NCBI GenBank assembly: GCA_945891385.1
Contig: CAMDDJ010000001.1
Span: forward strand, 28,921 to 92,920
Reading direction: 5' to 3'
DNA: 64,000 nucleotides
Source: Candidatus Kuenenia stuttgartensis
Lineage (GTDB): Bacteria; Planctomycetota; Planctomycetia; Pirellulales; UBA1268
The notes beneath the pieces are model-generated. The model was not told where the DNA came from. It did no database searches and was given only the letters and a program-made list of their open reading frames with translations. Below, piece by piece: positions 49,319 to 61,914 of the stretch. A program made the position numbers and the translations under genes. Within the stretch, counting starts at the first letter, position 1. Each line of letters starts with the position of its first letter.

Positions 49319-51153
49319 CGCACGACCTCGTCCGTGCGAGCGGTGCGGGCCGTGCCCGTGGTCGGTGCCAGCTGGCCGATTGCCACGAGGTCGAACTCGC
49401 GGAACATCGGCCTTGTCCGTCCCACTTCTCCGAAGCCAGCCGGCAGGATCGGCTTGATGCGGGTCAGGTGGTGGTCGGGAACGAGCAGAACTGCCTCTGG
49501 GTTGGCCGTCAGAAACCGCTCGGCCGCGGCGGCGTCGTCGTGAATGATTTGGGCGACGTGGCCATTGGAGTAGAAGACCACGTTGGGGCTGCCCATCATG
49601 AACGTGCCCAGCCGGGCCGTGCCCCCGTCACGAGCCTGCAGGCCGCGGACGAACGGCGGAATCGTGTTCGCCCTGGCCATCCAACCGGCTGCCGGGCCGA
49701 CGGCGAGCGCCGTGAACAGGAGCGCCGTGATCGCGAAGGCCTCGACCGCCGCGAGCGGTCGCGACCTGGCCAGCCGCCAGCAGACCACCGTGCCTACGAG
49801 CGGCACCAGGCCCACGATGGCCGCCGGCTCCGCACCCGCCAGCCCGAAGCGAGCCGTGATGATGACCGTGACGGCGGTCGCGATGCCGCCAAAGGCGAGC
49901 GATCCGAGGCCGGCGGCCATCCAGCGGGGATGGGGCCAGCGGCCGGAGGCGGCCGCCCGGCGGGCTGCATCGACCGCGAATGCCGCCACGAGCAGGGCGG
50001 CGGCGGGGTAGGCCGGGAGGATGTAGTTGGGCAGCTTGGTCGCGGCGGCGGAGAAGCCGCCCACCCAGACGCCGGCCCATGCGAGCAGCAGGCCGAGCGT
50101 GTGGACCGTGGGCGTCGCGATCGAGCGATGCCAGTTCCGCCAGGCGGTGAGCACGAGGGCCAACGGGAGGAAGCAGCTCCAGGGATAAAAGAGCAAGAGC
50201 ATGGTGAGCGGATGGAAGAGGACGCCCCCGGCATGCTTCTCCATCGGCTCCAGGAAACGGCCGACGTTGTGGACGAAGAAAAAGCCCTCGGTCCAGGCTC
50301 CGTCGGTCCGCAGCCAGACGGCGACATACCAGGGAGCCGCGGCCACGGCCGCTCCGGCCACAAGCGCCAGCGGGCGGAGGCTGCGAATCACGTCGATCAC
50401 GGCGGGTACCGCGGCGGCGGCCGTTTGCCGGAGCCAGGGACCAGCCGCCATTTCCCCCCGCCGCCAATCGACAGCCACCCACCAGGCCCAGGGCACCAGT
50501 ACGGCCAGTGGACCCACGAATCCAATCGGCCCCTTGCAGACCACCGCCAACCCGAGCAAGAGGCCGATCCCGCCGGAGCGGGCCAGGCTCAGTCGGGGCA
50601 GGGCATCGTCACCGCAGGCGATGCAGGGGCCGCCACCCGATCGGCCAGCGGCCTGTCGTGCGGGGCCGGCCCGTTCGGTGGACGTTCCCGGTCCGAGGAT
50701 CACTTCCGCCGCCAGCACCGTCGCCCACGTGCAGAGGGCCGTGAGGATGGCATCGGGCGTGGCAGCATGGGCTTCGATGCCCGCGAGGAGACAGCCCAGC
50801 CAGGCCAGCGCGGCCACCACCCCGGTGGCCGGATCGAAGAAGCGGGTTCCGGCTCGCAAGAGCGCGAGGGCCGTTACGAGTGCCGCCAGCATCGACGGCA
50901 GTCGTGCCGCAAACTCGGTGGTGCCGAAGACGGTCATGCACGCCGCCATGCACCAGTGCATCAGCACCGGCTTGTCTACGGCGAGCGTGTCGTTGAACAC
51001 CGGCACGACCCAGTCGCCCGTCTCCACCATCGTGCGGGCGATCGCCGCGAACCGCGGTTCGTCTTCGTCCCAGAGCGGGCCGCTGGCGATTCCGACGACG
51101 AGGGCGATGCTCCCGGCCAGGAGCACGGTGAGAAGCGGACGATGCGAGATCAT
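49315..51153 (-). CDS. GT39/GT-C family glycosyltransferase (ArnT/PMT-like), paralog A
   Basis: LWDEDEPRFAAIARTMVETGDWVVPVFNDTLAVDKPVLMHW. Polytopic, C-terminal soluble domain. 4-nt overlap with the GT2 gene. Confidence 0.78.
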   Translation of the reverse strand: MISHRPLLTVLLAGSIALVVGIASGPLWDEDEPRFAAIARTMVETGDWVVPVFNDTLAVDKPVLMHWCMAACMTVFGTTEFAARLPSMLAALVTALALLRAGTRFFDPATGVVAALAWLGCLLAGIEAHAATPDAILTALCTWATVLAAEVILGPGTSTERAGPARQAAGRSGGGPCIACGDDALPRLSLARSGGIGLLLGLAVVCKGPIGFVGPLAVLVPWAWWVAVDWRRGEMAAGPWLRQTAAAAVPAVIDVIRSLRPLALVAGAAVAAAPWYVAVWLRTDGAWTEGFFFVHNVGRFLEPMEKHAGGVLFHPLTMLLLFYPWSCFLPLALVLTAWRNWHRSIATPTVHTLGLLLAWAGVWVGGFSAAATKLPNYILPAYPAAALLVAAFAVDAARRAAASGRWPHPRWMAAGLGSLAFGGIATAVTVIITARFGLAGAEPAAIVGLVPLVGTVVCWRLARSRPLAAVEAFAITALLFTALAVGPAAGWMARANTIPPFVRGLQARDGGTARLGTFMMGSPNVVFYSNGHVAQIIHDDAAAAERFLTANPEAVLLVPDHHLTRIKPILPAGFGEVGRTRPMFREFDLVAIGQLAPTTGTARTARTDEVVR

Positions 51154-51195
51154 GCTGTGGCTTTCGGAAGGGACTGTGGGGGCAGGGGAACGGGC

Positions 51196-52950
51196 TTAGT
51201 GGTGGCGGAATACGGACTGCCGATCGGGAGTGGTCGCCACCTGCGTCAGGGGTTGGGGTGCGTGGCGCGGTCCGAAGAGCACGAGCTCCCGGGACTCAGG
51301 CAGCACGGTCACGGCACGGAGCACGTGGTAGTGGTCGGGCAGTTCGGCTGCCACCTGCTCCTCGAACCGGGAGTCGACGACCAGGGGAGCTCCGGGATGA
51401 TTCGCGACGAACGCCACCACGTCGGCCGGGTCGTCCAACTCCGCCACAGTCCCGCCGGCGGCGATCAGGCCGGCGTAGAACGCCGTGCTCGCCGGGGCTC
51501 GGTAGGAGCCGATTGGATGGGCGATTCCGGCGGCCGGTAGCCGGGCGAGGAGATGCCGCGTGCCGCCGGTTCGGCCGAGACTCACGGGGCCGACGGCCAT
51601 CAGGATCGCGATGGTGCCGCAGGCCGTGGCGGCCCAGCATCCGGTTGCGGCCAGACGGGATGAGTGGGCGTGAAAACGGGAGGCCAGAAATCCGCCGGCC
51701 AGCGGCACGAGCCCCACCAGCCCGATCCATTCGCCCCCGGGAGCCAGCCGGTGCACGGCCAGCGGCAGTCCGATACCGAGGCCGACGCCGGCCAGGGCGA
51801 GCAGGCTCCAGGCCAGCCGCATCCAACGGTCGGTGCTCCACGTCGGCCGGGCGATCCAGTCGGCCAGAAAGAGGCCGATGCCGCAGGCGATGGCCGGATA
51901 GGCCGGCCAGATGTAGCCAGGCAGTTTCGTGCCCGCGAACGAAAAGGGGATCACCCAGGCGGCGACCCAGGCGGCGACCAGCCGCATGCCGACCGCTGAG
52001 GTTCCTTGCTCGCGCAGGGCTACCACTGCGTGCCGGCCGATCAGCCCGGAGGCCATTGACCACGGGAAAAAGCCGACCAGAACCACGAGCGGGTAATAGA
52101 GGAGCGTCGATCCGGAGTGTCCCTCCATCGGCGCGGCGAACCGGCCGGCGTTGTGGACGAGAAGAAACTCGCGGAGCCAGGCGCCATCGGTTCGGATCGT
52201 GACGAGCGTATACCACGGGGCCGCCACGGCGACCGCCGCGGCCATGATCACCAAGGGCCTCACGCCCCGCCAGGCGGCGGCTGTGGCCGGTACGAGCCGG
52301 CTCATGACCGGCCCCTGACGGCCCGGGTCGATGGCGGCCTGCCAGAAGGCGAAGCCGCCGATGGCCGCCAGTGGCAAGACGAGTCCGACTGGTCCTTTCG
52401 TGAGCATCGCCAGCCCGCAGGCGGTACCGATGCCCAAGGCGGTTGTGGCGGGCACTCGCACGGGTGCGTTCCAGAGCCGGCCGCCAGCGGCGGCCGAGCG
52501 GACGAAGATCCAGACCGCGAGCGTGGTGAAAAAAGCCAGGGGCGCGTCGGGGGTCGCGGCCCGGCCGGTCACGCCCGTCCAGAGACATGTGGCCATCACC
52601 ACGCCGGCCCACACGCCTGCTTCTGGTCGAAACACGAGCGTGCCGATTCGCCAGGTCAGCAGGCAGGTGCCGAGCGTGAGGAGGGCCGACCCCAAACGGG
52701 CCCCCGCCTCACCCACTCCGACCGCGGCGAAACCGGCGAGTTGGAGCCAATTGACGAGCGCGGGCTTCTCGACTCGGAGCCGGCCATTGAAGGTGGGTAC
52801 GATCCAGTCGCCGGTTTGTTGCATCGCCAACGAGCAGGCGGCGTTCCGTGGCTCATCCTCGTCCCACAAGGGTGGGCCACCGAGGTTGGGAAGCAGCACG
52901 ATCGCCGCGAGCGCTGCTACGACGAGTCCGGAAACAAGCCGTTGTGACAT
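51196..52950 (-). CDS. GT39/GT-C family glycosyltransferase (ArnT/PMT-like), paralog B
   Basis: LWDEDEPRNAACSLAMQQTGDWIVPTFNGRLRVEKPALVNW. Polytopic. Confidence 0.78.
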   Translation of the reverse strand: MSQRLVSGLVVAALAAIVLLPNLGGPPLWDEDEPRNAACSLAMQQTGDWIVPTFNGRLRVEKPALVNWLQLAGFAAVGVGEAGARLGSALLTLGTCLLTWRIGTLVFRPEAGVWAGVVMATCLWTGVTGRAATPDAPLAFFTTLAVWIFVRSAAAGGRLWNAPVRVPATTALGIGTACGLAMLTKGPVGLVLPLAAIGGFAFWQAAIDPGRQGPVMSRLVPATAAAWRGVRPLVIMAAAVAVAAPWYTLVTIRTDGAWLREFLLVHNAGRFAAPMEGHSGSTLLYYPLVVLVGFFPWSMASGLIGRHAVVALREQGTSAVGMRLVAAWVAAWVIPFSFAGTKLPGYIWPAYPAIACGIGLFLADWIARPTWSTDRWMRLAWSLLALAGVGLGIGLPLAVHRLAPGGEWIGLVGLVPLAGGFLASRFHAHSSRLAATGCWAATACGTIAILMAVGPVSLGRTGGTRHLLARLPAAGIAHPIGSYRAPASTAFYAGLIAAGGTVAELDDPADVVAFVANHPGAPLVVDSRFEEQVAAELPDHYHVLRAVTVLPESRELVLFGPRHAPQPLTQVATTPDRQSVFRHH

Positions 52951-53016
52951 GATGGACGTCCCGCGCGACGAGCCGCGACCGACCTCGCGCTCGCGAGGGG
53001 AACGGCGGTCGGAAGT

Positions 53017-53050
53017 GGGGCGGGAGGGTAGGGGGCGGGTCGGGAGCGGG
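53017..53050 (+). other. G-quadruplex-forming motif (seven G3+ runs with 1-3-nt loops)
   Basis: ggggcgggagggtagggggcgggtcgggagcggg on the plus strand, in the divergent GT39/gyrA intergenic region. Confidence 0.5.
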
Positions 53051-53103
53051 TCAAGCCGGGGCTGAGCGGGCGGAAACCGGGGTTTTGCCCGTGTTTTGGC
53101 CGG

Positions 53104-53131
53104 TTGACCGCCTTGGTGAGGCGGGTATGTT
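53104..53131 (+). promoter_or_regulatory. candidate gyrA promoter
   Basis: TTGACC (53104-53109) - 16 nt - TATGTT (53126-53131), about 65 nt upstream of the TTG start, which has GGAGG 7 nt upstream. Confidence 0.3.
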
Positions 53132-53197
53132 CAACGCATCGCGGCGGACCGACAGGGATGGCCCGCGAGGGGTTCGTGCACGGTTGGAGGCCGTCCT

Positions 53198-56020
53198 TTG
53201 GCAGACGATGAAAACCCGTCGGAAGACGAAGCTGCTCTGCCCGGCGAGGGCGAAGGGACGGACGGTCTGGCTCCTGCTGACGGTCTGCGGGATATCTCGG
53301 GCGGCCGCCTGATCGAACTGCCGATCGAACAGGAGCTCAAGGACAGCTATCTGACGTACGCGATGAGCGTGATCGTCAGCCGGGCCCTGCCCGACGTCCG
53401 CGACGGGCTCAAGCCCTCTCAGCGGCGGATCCTGGTCGCGATGAACGACCTCAATTTGTCGCCGGGTGCGGCCCGGGTGAAGTGCGCGAAGATCTCGGGC
53501 GACACCAGCGGCAACTACCACCCTCACGGCGAAAGCGTGATCTATCCCACGCTCGTCCGCATGGCCCAGGAATGGAACATGCGGCATGTGCTGGTCGACA
53601 AGCAGGGCAACTTCGGCTCGATCGCCGGCCTGCCCGCCGCCGCCATGCGATATACCGAGGCCCGGCTCTCGCCCATCGCAGCGATGATGCTGGATGACCT
53701 CGAGCTCGACACGGTCGATTTCGTGCCGAGTTACGACGAGCGGAACACCGAGCCGGTGGTTTTGCCCAGCCGGTTTCCCAACCTCGTCGTCAACGGCGCC
53801 GGTGGGATCGCCGTCGGCATGGCGACGAGCATTCCGCCCCACAATCTGGGCGAGGTCTGCCGGGCGTTGGTGGCCTTGATCGACAATCCGGAATTGCCGC
53901 TCGCCGAATTGCTCGAGATCGTGCCAGGGCCGGATTTCCCAACCGGTGGCATCGTGATGGGCCGTGAGGCGCTCCTCCGCGGCTACGTCACTGGCCGCAG
54001 CACGATCACGCTGCGGGCCCGGGCCCATGTCGAGGAATTCGGCAAGAATCGCAACCGGATCGTCGTCACGGAGATTCCCTACCAGCAGACCCGCGACGCG
54101 ATCGAGGAGAAGATCGCGGAACTCGTCAACGATGACCGAATCAAGGGCATATCAGCGATCCGCAACGAGAGCGACCTCAAGGAGCCGGTGCGGCTCGTCC
54201 TCGAGCTCAAGCGCGACGCCGACCCCGACGTCGTCCTCAATCAGCTCTATCAGTATTCGCCGCTCCAGACCTCGTTCTCGCTGATCTTTCTGGCGCTCGT
54301 CGACGGCAAGCCGCGGATTCTGTCCTTCAAGGATCTGCTCCAAGAGTTCCTCCGCCACCGCACGACGGTCATTCGGCGTCGGACGCAGTTCCTGCTGCAG
54401 AAGGCCCGCAACCGGAAGCACACGCTCGAGGGGCTGCTGGTCGCCCTGGCGAACATCGACGAGGTGATCCGGATCATCCGCTCGTCGAAGTCGCAGGCTG
54501 AAGCCAAGCAGCGGCTCTGCGAACTGCAGGCCCCGGCGGCGCTGCTCGAGCGGGCCCTGGGGGCCGAGGGCTTTGCAGTGCTCCAGGAGGAGCGGGGCGT
54601 CGCCGACGCCTACGGCCTGTCCCCCGTGCAGGCCGACGCCATCCTCCGGCTCACGCTCGGTCAGTTGGTCAACCTGGAGCAGGAGAGGCTCGGCGGGGAG
54701 CATCGAGAACTGTTAGGCAAGATCGGTGAGTTCCGGCGGATCCTCGGGAACGAAGCGAACATCAAGGCGTTGATCCGACAGGATCTCCTCGATCTCGAGG
54801 CCAAGCACGCCGACAAGCGGCGGACGGAGATCAGTGGCGAGGCGGGCGACATCCGCGACATGGCCGAATTGATCACCGAGGCCACGATGGTGGTTACGAT
54901 CAGCCGTGCCGGCTATGTGAAGCGCACGGCTGCCGACGTCTACCGTGCCCAGCGGCGAGGCGGGAAAGGACTGACCGGCGCCCGGACCGACGAGGAGGAT
55001 CCGATCGAGCATCTGTTCGTGGCCAGTACCCACGATTGGCTGCTCGTGTTCACCACGCTCGGGAAGGTCTTCTCGATGCGGGTGTTCGAACTTCCCGAGC
55101 TTGCCCGAGACGCCAAGGGACGGGCGCTCGTCAACCTTCTCGAGTTCGAGCAGGGCGAGAAAGTTGCCGAATGCCGCGCGGTGGGCGGCTTCGAGGATCC
55201 GAACCAGTTCCTGCTCCTCGCCACTCGCAGCGGCGTGGTGAAGAAAACGGCGCTCGAGCAGTATCGCCGCCGCCGGACCAAGGGCCTGATCGCGGTGAAG
55301 CTCCGGGAGGGAGACGAGCTCGTCGGCGCGGTGATCACCAAGCCCGGTGACGAACTCGTGCTCGCGACGGCCAAGGGGATGGCGATCCGGTTTCCCGAGT
55401 CCGATGCCCGGCCAATGGGCCGCGATACAAGCGGTGTTCGTGGCATCAAGCTCGGGGCCGGCGACCGGCTCGTGGGGATGGTCGTGGCCGATCCGGACGC
55501 CACGCTCCTGACGGTCTGCGAAAACGGGTATGGCAAGCGGACTCCCTTCGGCGCGGGCACGCCCCTGACCGGCGGTGAGCCGGGTGACGAGGGGGCCGAG
55601 GCGGCCGAAGCGACCGGTGGCGGCGACGACCCGACGGCGGATTCGGCCGAAGGGGATGAGGGCTCGAGCGGGATGCGGTATCGCACCCAGCACCGTGGCG
55701 GAAAGGGCGTGCGGGACATCAAGGCCACCGCTCGCAACGGGCAGGTGGTGGCGGTGGTCTCCGTCCGGGACGAGGATCAGGTGCTGATGATGACGTCTCG
55801 CGGCAAGATCCAGCGTGTCAATGTGGCCGAGATCAGGCCGATGGGTCGAAACACGCAGGGCGTGCGGATCATGCGGGTCGACGATGGCGACACGCTCGCT
55901 GCCGTCGTTCCCGTGCCTCCCGGCGAGCAGGAGGAAGCGGAGATCGTGCCGTCGATTGACGGCGATCTCGGCGGCGAGGGTGGATCGGCTTCGGCTGACG
56001 CCACGCCCACGGCCGACTGA
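53198..56020 (+). CDS. gyrA: DNA gyrase subunit A
   Basis: [36 protein letters not shown] (catalytic Tyr), repeated GKG blades in the C-terminal domain. Acidic N- and C-terminal tails. Confidence 0.93.
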   Translation: MADDENPSEDEAALPGEGEGTDGLAPADGLRDISGGRLIELPIEQELKDSYLTYAMSVIVSRALPDVRDGLKPSQRRILVAMNDLNLSPGAARVKCAKISGDTSGNYHPHGESVIYPTLVRMAQEWNMRHVLVDKQGNFGSIAGLPAAAMRYTEARLSPIAAMMLDDLELDTVDFVPSYDERNTEPVVLPSRFPNLVVNGAGGIAVGMATSIPPHNLGEVCRALVALIDNPELPLAELLEIVPGPDFPTGGIVMGREALLRGYVTGRSTITLRARAHVEEFGKNRNRIVVTEIPYQQTRDAIEEKIAELVNDDRIKGISAIRNESDLKEPVRLVLELKRDADPDVVLNQLYQYSPLQTSFSLIFLALVDGKPRILSFKDLLQEFLRHRTTVIRRRTQFLLQKARNRKHTLEGLLVALANIDEVIRIIRSSKSQAEAKQRLCELQAPAALLERALGAEGFAVLQEERGVADAYGLSPVQADAILRLTLGQLVNLEQERLGGEHRELLGKIGEFRRILGNEANIKALIRQDLLDLEAKHADKRRTEISGEAGDIRDMAELITEATMVVTISRAGYVKRTAADVYRAQRRGGKGLTGARTDEEDPIEHLFVASTHDWLLVFTTLGKVFSMRVFELPELARDAKGRALVNLLEFEQGEKVAECRAVGGFEDPNQFLLLATRSGVVKKTALEQYRRRRTKGLIAVKLREGDELVGAVITKPGDELVLATAKGMAIRFPESDARPMGRDTSGVRGIKLGAGDRLVGMVVADPDATLLTVCENGYGKRTPFGAGTPLTGGEPGDEGAEAAEATGGGDDPTADSAEGDEGSSGMRYRTQHRGGKGVRDIKATARNGQVVAVVSVRDEDQVLMMTSRGKIQRVNVAEIRPMGRNTQGVRIMRVDDGDTLAAVVPVPPGEQEEAEIVPSIDGDLGGEGGSASADATPTAD

Positions 56021-56071
56021 CGCGGCCCCTCCGGCTGGGAGTGGCCGGGCTGGCGTACCGGAGAAACGAGC

Positions 56072-57379
56072 ATGCGAATCGGCGTCGTCGGGACAGGGTA
56101 TGTGGGTCTTGTGACGGGAACCTGCTTCGCCGATAGCGGCAACTCCGTCACCTGCCTCGACATCGACGCCGAGAAGATCGCCCGGCTCGAACGGGGTAAG
56201 GTGCCGATCTACGAGCCCGGGCTCGAAGAATTGGTCACGCGGAACGCCCAGGCTGGCCGCCTTCGGTTCACGACCGACATCGCCACGGCGATCCGCGACG
56301 CGGACGTCATCTTTCTGGCTGTGGGCACGCCGCCGGCATCCGACGGGTCGGCAGACCTTTCCGCCTTGTGGAAGGTGGTCGATTCGATCGCGTTGCATCT
56401 GCGGCCCGATGCGATCGTGGTCACGAAGAGCACCGTGCCGGTGGGCACCTGCGCCGGGATCGAGGCGCGGCTGCGGGAGCGGCTCGGCCGCGATTGCCGG
56501 GTCGCGAGCAACCCTGAGTTTCTCAAGGAAGGAGCGGCGATCGAGGATTTTCAAAAGCCCGATCGCGTGGTTGTGGGGGTGCGGACGGCCAACGTAGGCG
56601 AGACCCTCCGCTCGCTCTATGCGCCCTTCCTCAGAACGGAGAATCCGTTCCTGGTGATGAGCCCGGAAAGCTCCGAGATGACCAAGTACGTTGCCAATGC
56701 GCTGCTTGCCACGAAGATCTCCTTCATCAACGAAGTGGCGAATCTCTGCGAGCGGATGGAGGCCGACATCGACGACGTCCGCCGCGGCATCGGCCACGAC
56801 AGCCGGATCGGGTTCGCGTTTCTGTTTCCGGGGGCCGGCTATGGCGGCAGTTGCTTTCCCAAGGACGTGCAGGCGCTGGCGGCCATGGCCCGTGACAAGG
56901 GCGTGCTGCCGCGGGTCCTGACGGCGGTGCACGAAACGAATCTGGCCCAGAAGCAGGTGCTCGGCGAAAAGATCAGCGGCTGGTACGGCGGCGATCTGGC
57001 TGGGAAGCGGATCTCGATCTGGGGCCTCGCCTTCAAGCCGCGGACGGACGACATTCGCGACGCGCCGGCGATCGACCTGATTGAACGGCTCCTCGACGGC
57101 GGGGCCAGCGTGCGGGTGCATGACCCTGAGGCGATGGACAACGTGCGGGCCCTCTATGGAGACCGGCTGGCGTATGCCGCGACTCCGCTCGATGCGCTCG
57201 ACGGAGCTGATTGCCTGGTGATCGTGACCGAGTGGGGCGATTACCGGCGGCCCGATTTCGACGAGATGGCCCTTCGGATGCGGGCCAAGCTGATCTTTGA
57301 CGGTCGCAACCTCTACGCACCCCAGGAGATGCAATCCCGGGGGTTCTCCTACCACGCGATCGGCAAGCAACCCGTGTAG
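56072..57379 (+). CDS. ugd: UDP-glucose 6-dehydrogenase
   Basis: [36 protein letters not shown]. Confidence 0.92.
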   Translation: MRIGVVGTGYVGLVTGTCFADSGNSVTCLDIDAEKIARLERGKVPIYEPGLEELVTRNAQAGRLRFTTDIATAIRDADVIFLAVGTPPASDGSADLSALWKVVDSIALHLRPDAIVVTKSTVPVGTCAGIEARLRERLGRDCRVASNPEFLKEGAAIEDFQKPDRVVVGVRTANVGETLRSLYAPFLRTENPFLVMSPESSEMTKYVANALLATKISFINEVANLCERMEADIDDVRRGIGHDSRIGFAFLFPGAGYGGSCFPKDVQALAAMARDKGVLPRVLTAVHETNLAQKQVLGEKISGWYGGDLAGKRISIWGLAFKPRTDDIRDAPAIDLIERLLDGGASVRVHDPEAMDNVRALYGDRLAYAATPLDALDGADCLVIVTEWGDYRRPDFDEMALRMRAKLIFDGRNLYAPQEMQSRGFSYHAIGKQPV

Positions 57380-57403
57380 CCCGAGTTCGGGTTCTGGCTC
57401 GCT

Positions 57404-57445
57404 CTGGCTCGGGGGCGGCAAGAGTCGCGTCGCGGGCTGCGGCGG
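57404..57445 (+). repeat. dispersed hairpin repeat, copy E (5' half only)
   Basis: ctggctcgggggcggcaagagtcgcgtcgcgggc. Starts 24 nt after the ugd stop. Confidence 0.45.
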
Positions 57446-57507
57446 CACATGATTGTTTTCGGTCACGCGCGAGGGCCGGTGGGTACCCTGTCGAAACGCT
57501 GTGTGGT

Positions 57508-57536
57508 TTGACAGCCTCTCAGGAGCAGGGTTCAAT
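57508..57536 (+). promoter_or_regulatory. candidate promoter of the pyrophosphatase gene
   Basis: TTGACA (57508-57513) - 17 nt - TTCAAT (57531-57536). Confidence 0.3.
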
Positions 57537-57568
57537 CTGGGCCTCGCACTGGCCTATTTTTCTGGCCG

Positions 57569-61367
<3,799 letters not shown>

Positions 61368-61412
61368 CGCGGAGGTGGGTGTCTCCCGCTGCTGGCGCGG
61401 CCGACTTGTCCG

Positions 61413-61865
61413 ATGCTCGGAATGCCCACTACATTCTCAGGTTTCCCAGTCTCGGATCCCCGGCAAAAGCACTTCCCGATGCCAGTCCCGTCGTCGTCCC
61501 CGACCACGCCCTGCTGGACGGCTGTCTGTCTGGCTCAAGCCGAAGCTGGCGGCGGCAAGGCCGCGCCACCTCCGATCGTCCAGTTTCTGCCGCTCGTCGC
61601 CATCGGCATCGCGGCCTATCTGCTGCTGTTCCGCCCGGAACGCGAGCGGATGAAGAAGCAGCAGGCGATGCTGACGAACCTCAAGAAAAACGACCGGGTG
61701 GTGACCTCGGCCGGGATCTACGGCACCGTGGCAGCGGTGGACCGGGATGCCGATCGGGTCAGCCTTCGGGTCGATGACTCCGCAAACGTAAAACTGGCCG
61801 TCACCCTCTCGAGCATCGCCCGGGTGCTCGGGGGCGACGGCGGTGGCGATTCAACAGGCTCCTGA
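61413..61865 (+). CDS. yajC: preprotein translocase subunit YajC (with N-terminal extension; start uncertain)
   Basis: FLPLVAIGIAAYLLLFRPERERMKKQQAMLTNLKKNDRVVTSAGIYGTV. Confidence 0.8.
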   Translation: MLGMPTTFSGFPVSDPRQKHFPMPVPSSSPTTPCWTAVCLAQAEAGGGKAAPPPIVQFLPLVAIGIAAYLLLFRPERERMKKQQAMLTNLKKNDRVVTSAGIYGTVAAVDRDADRVSLRVDDSANVKLAVTLSSIARVLGGDGGGDSTGS

Positions 61866-61914
61866 CCACGAGCCTAGAGCGAATTTTTCCTCAGCGACTC
61901 GAGAGAAGCGATTC

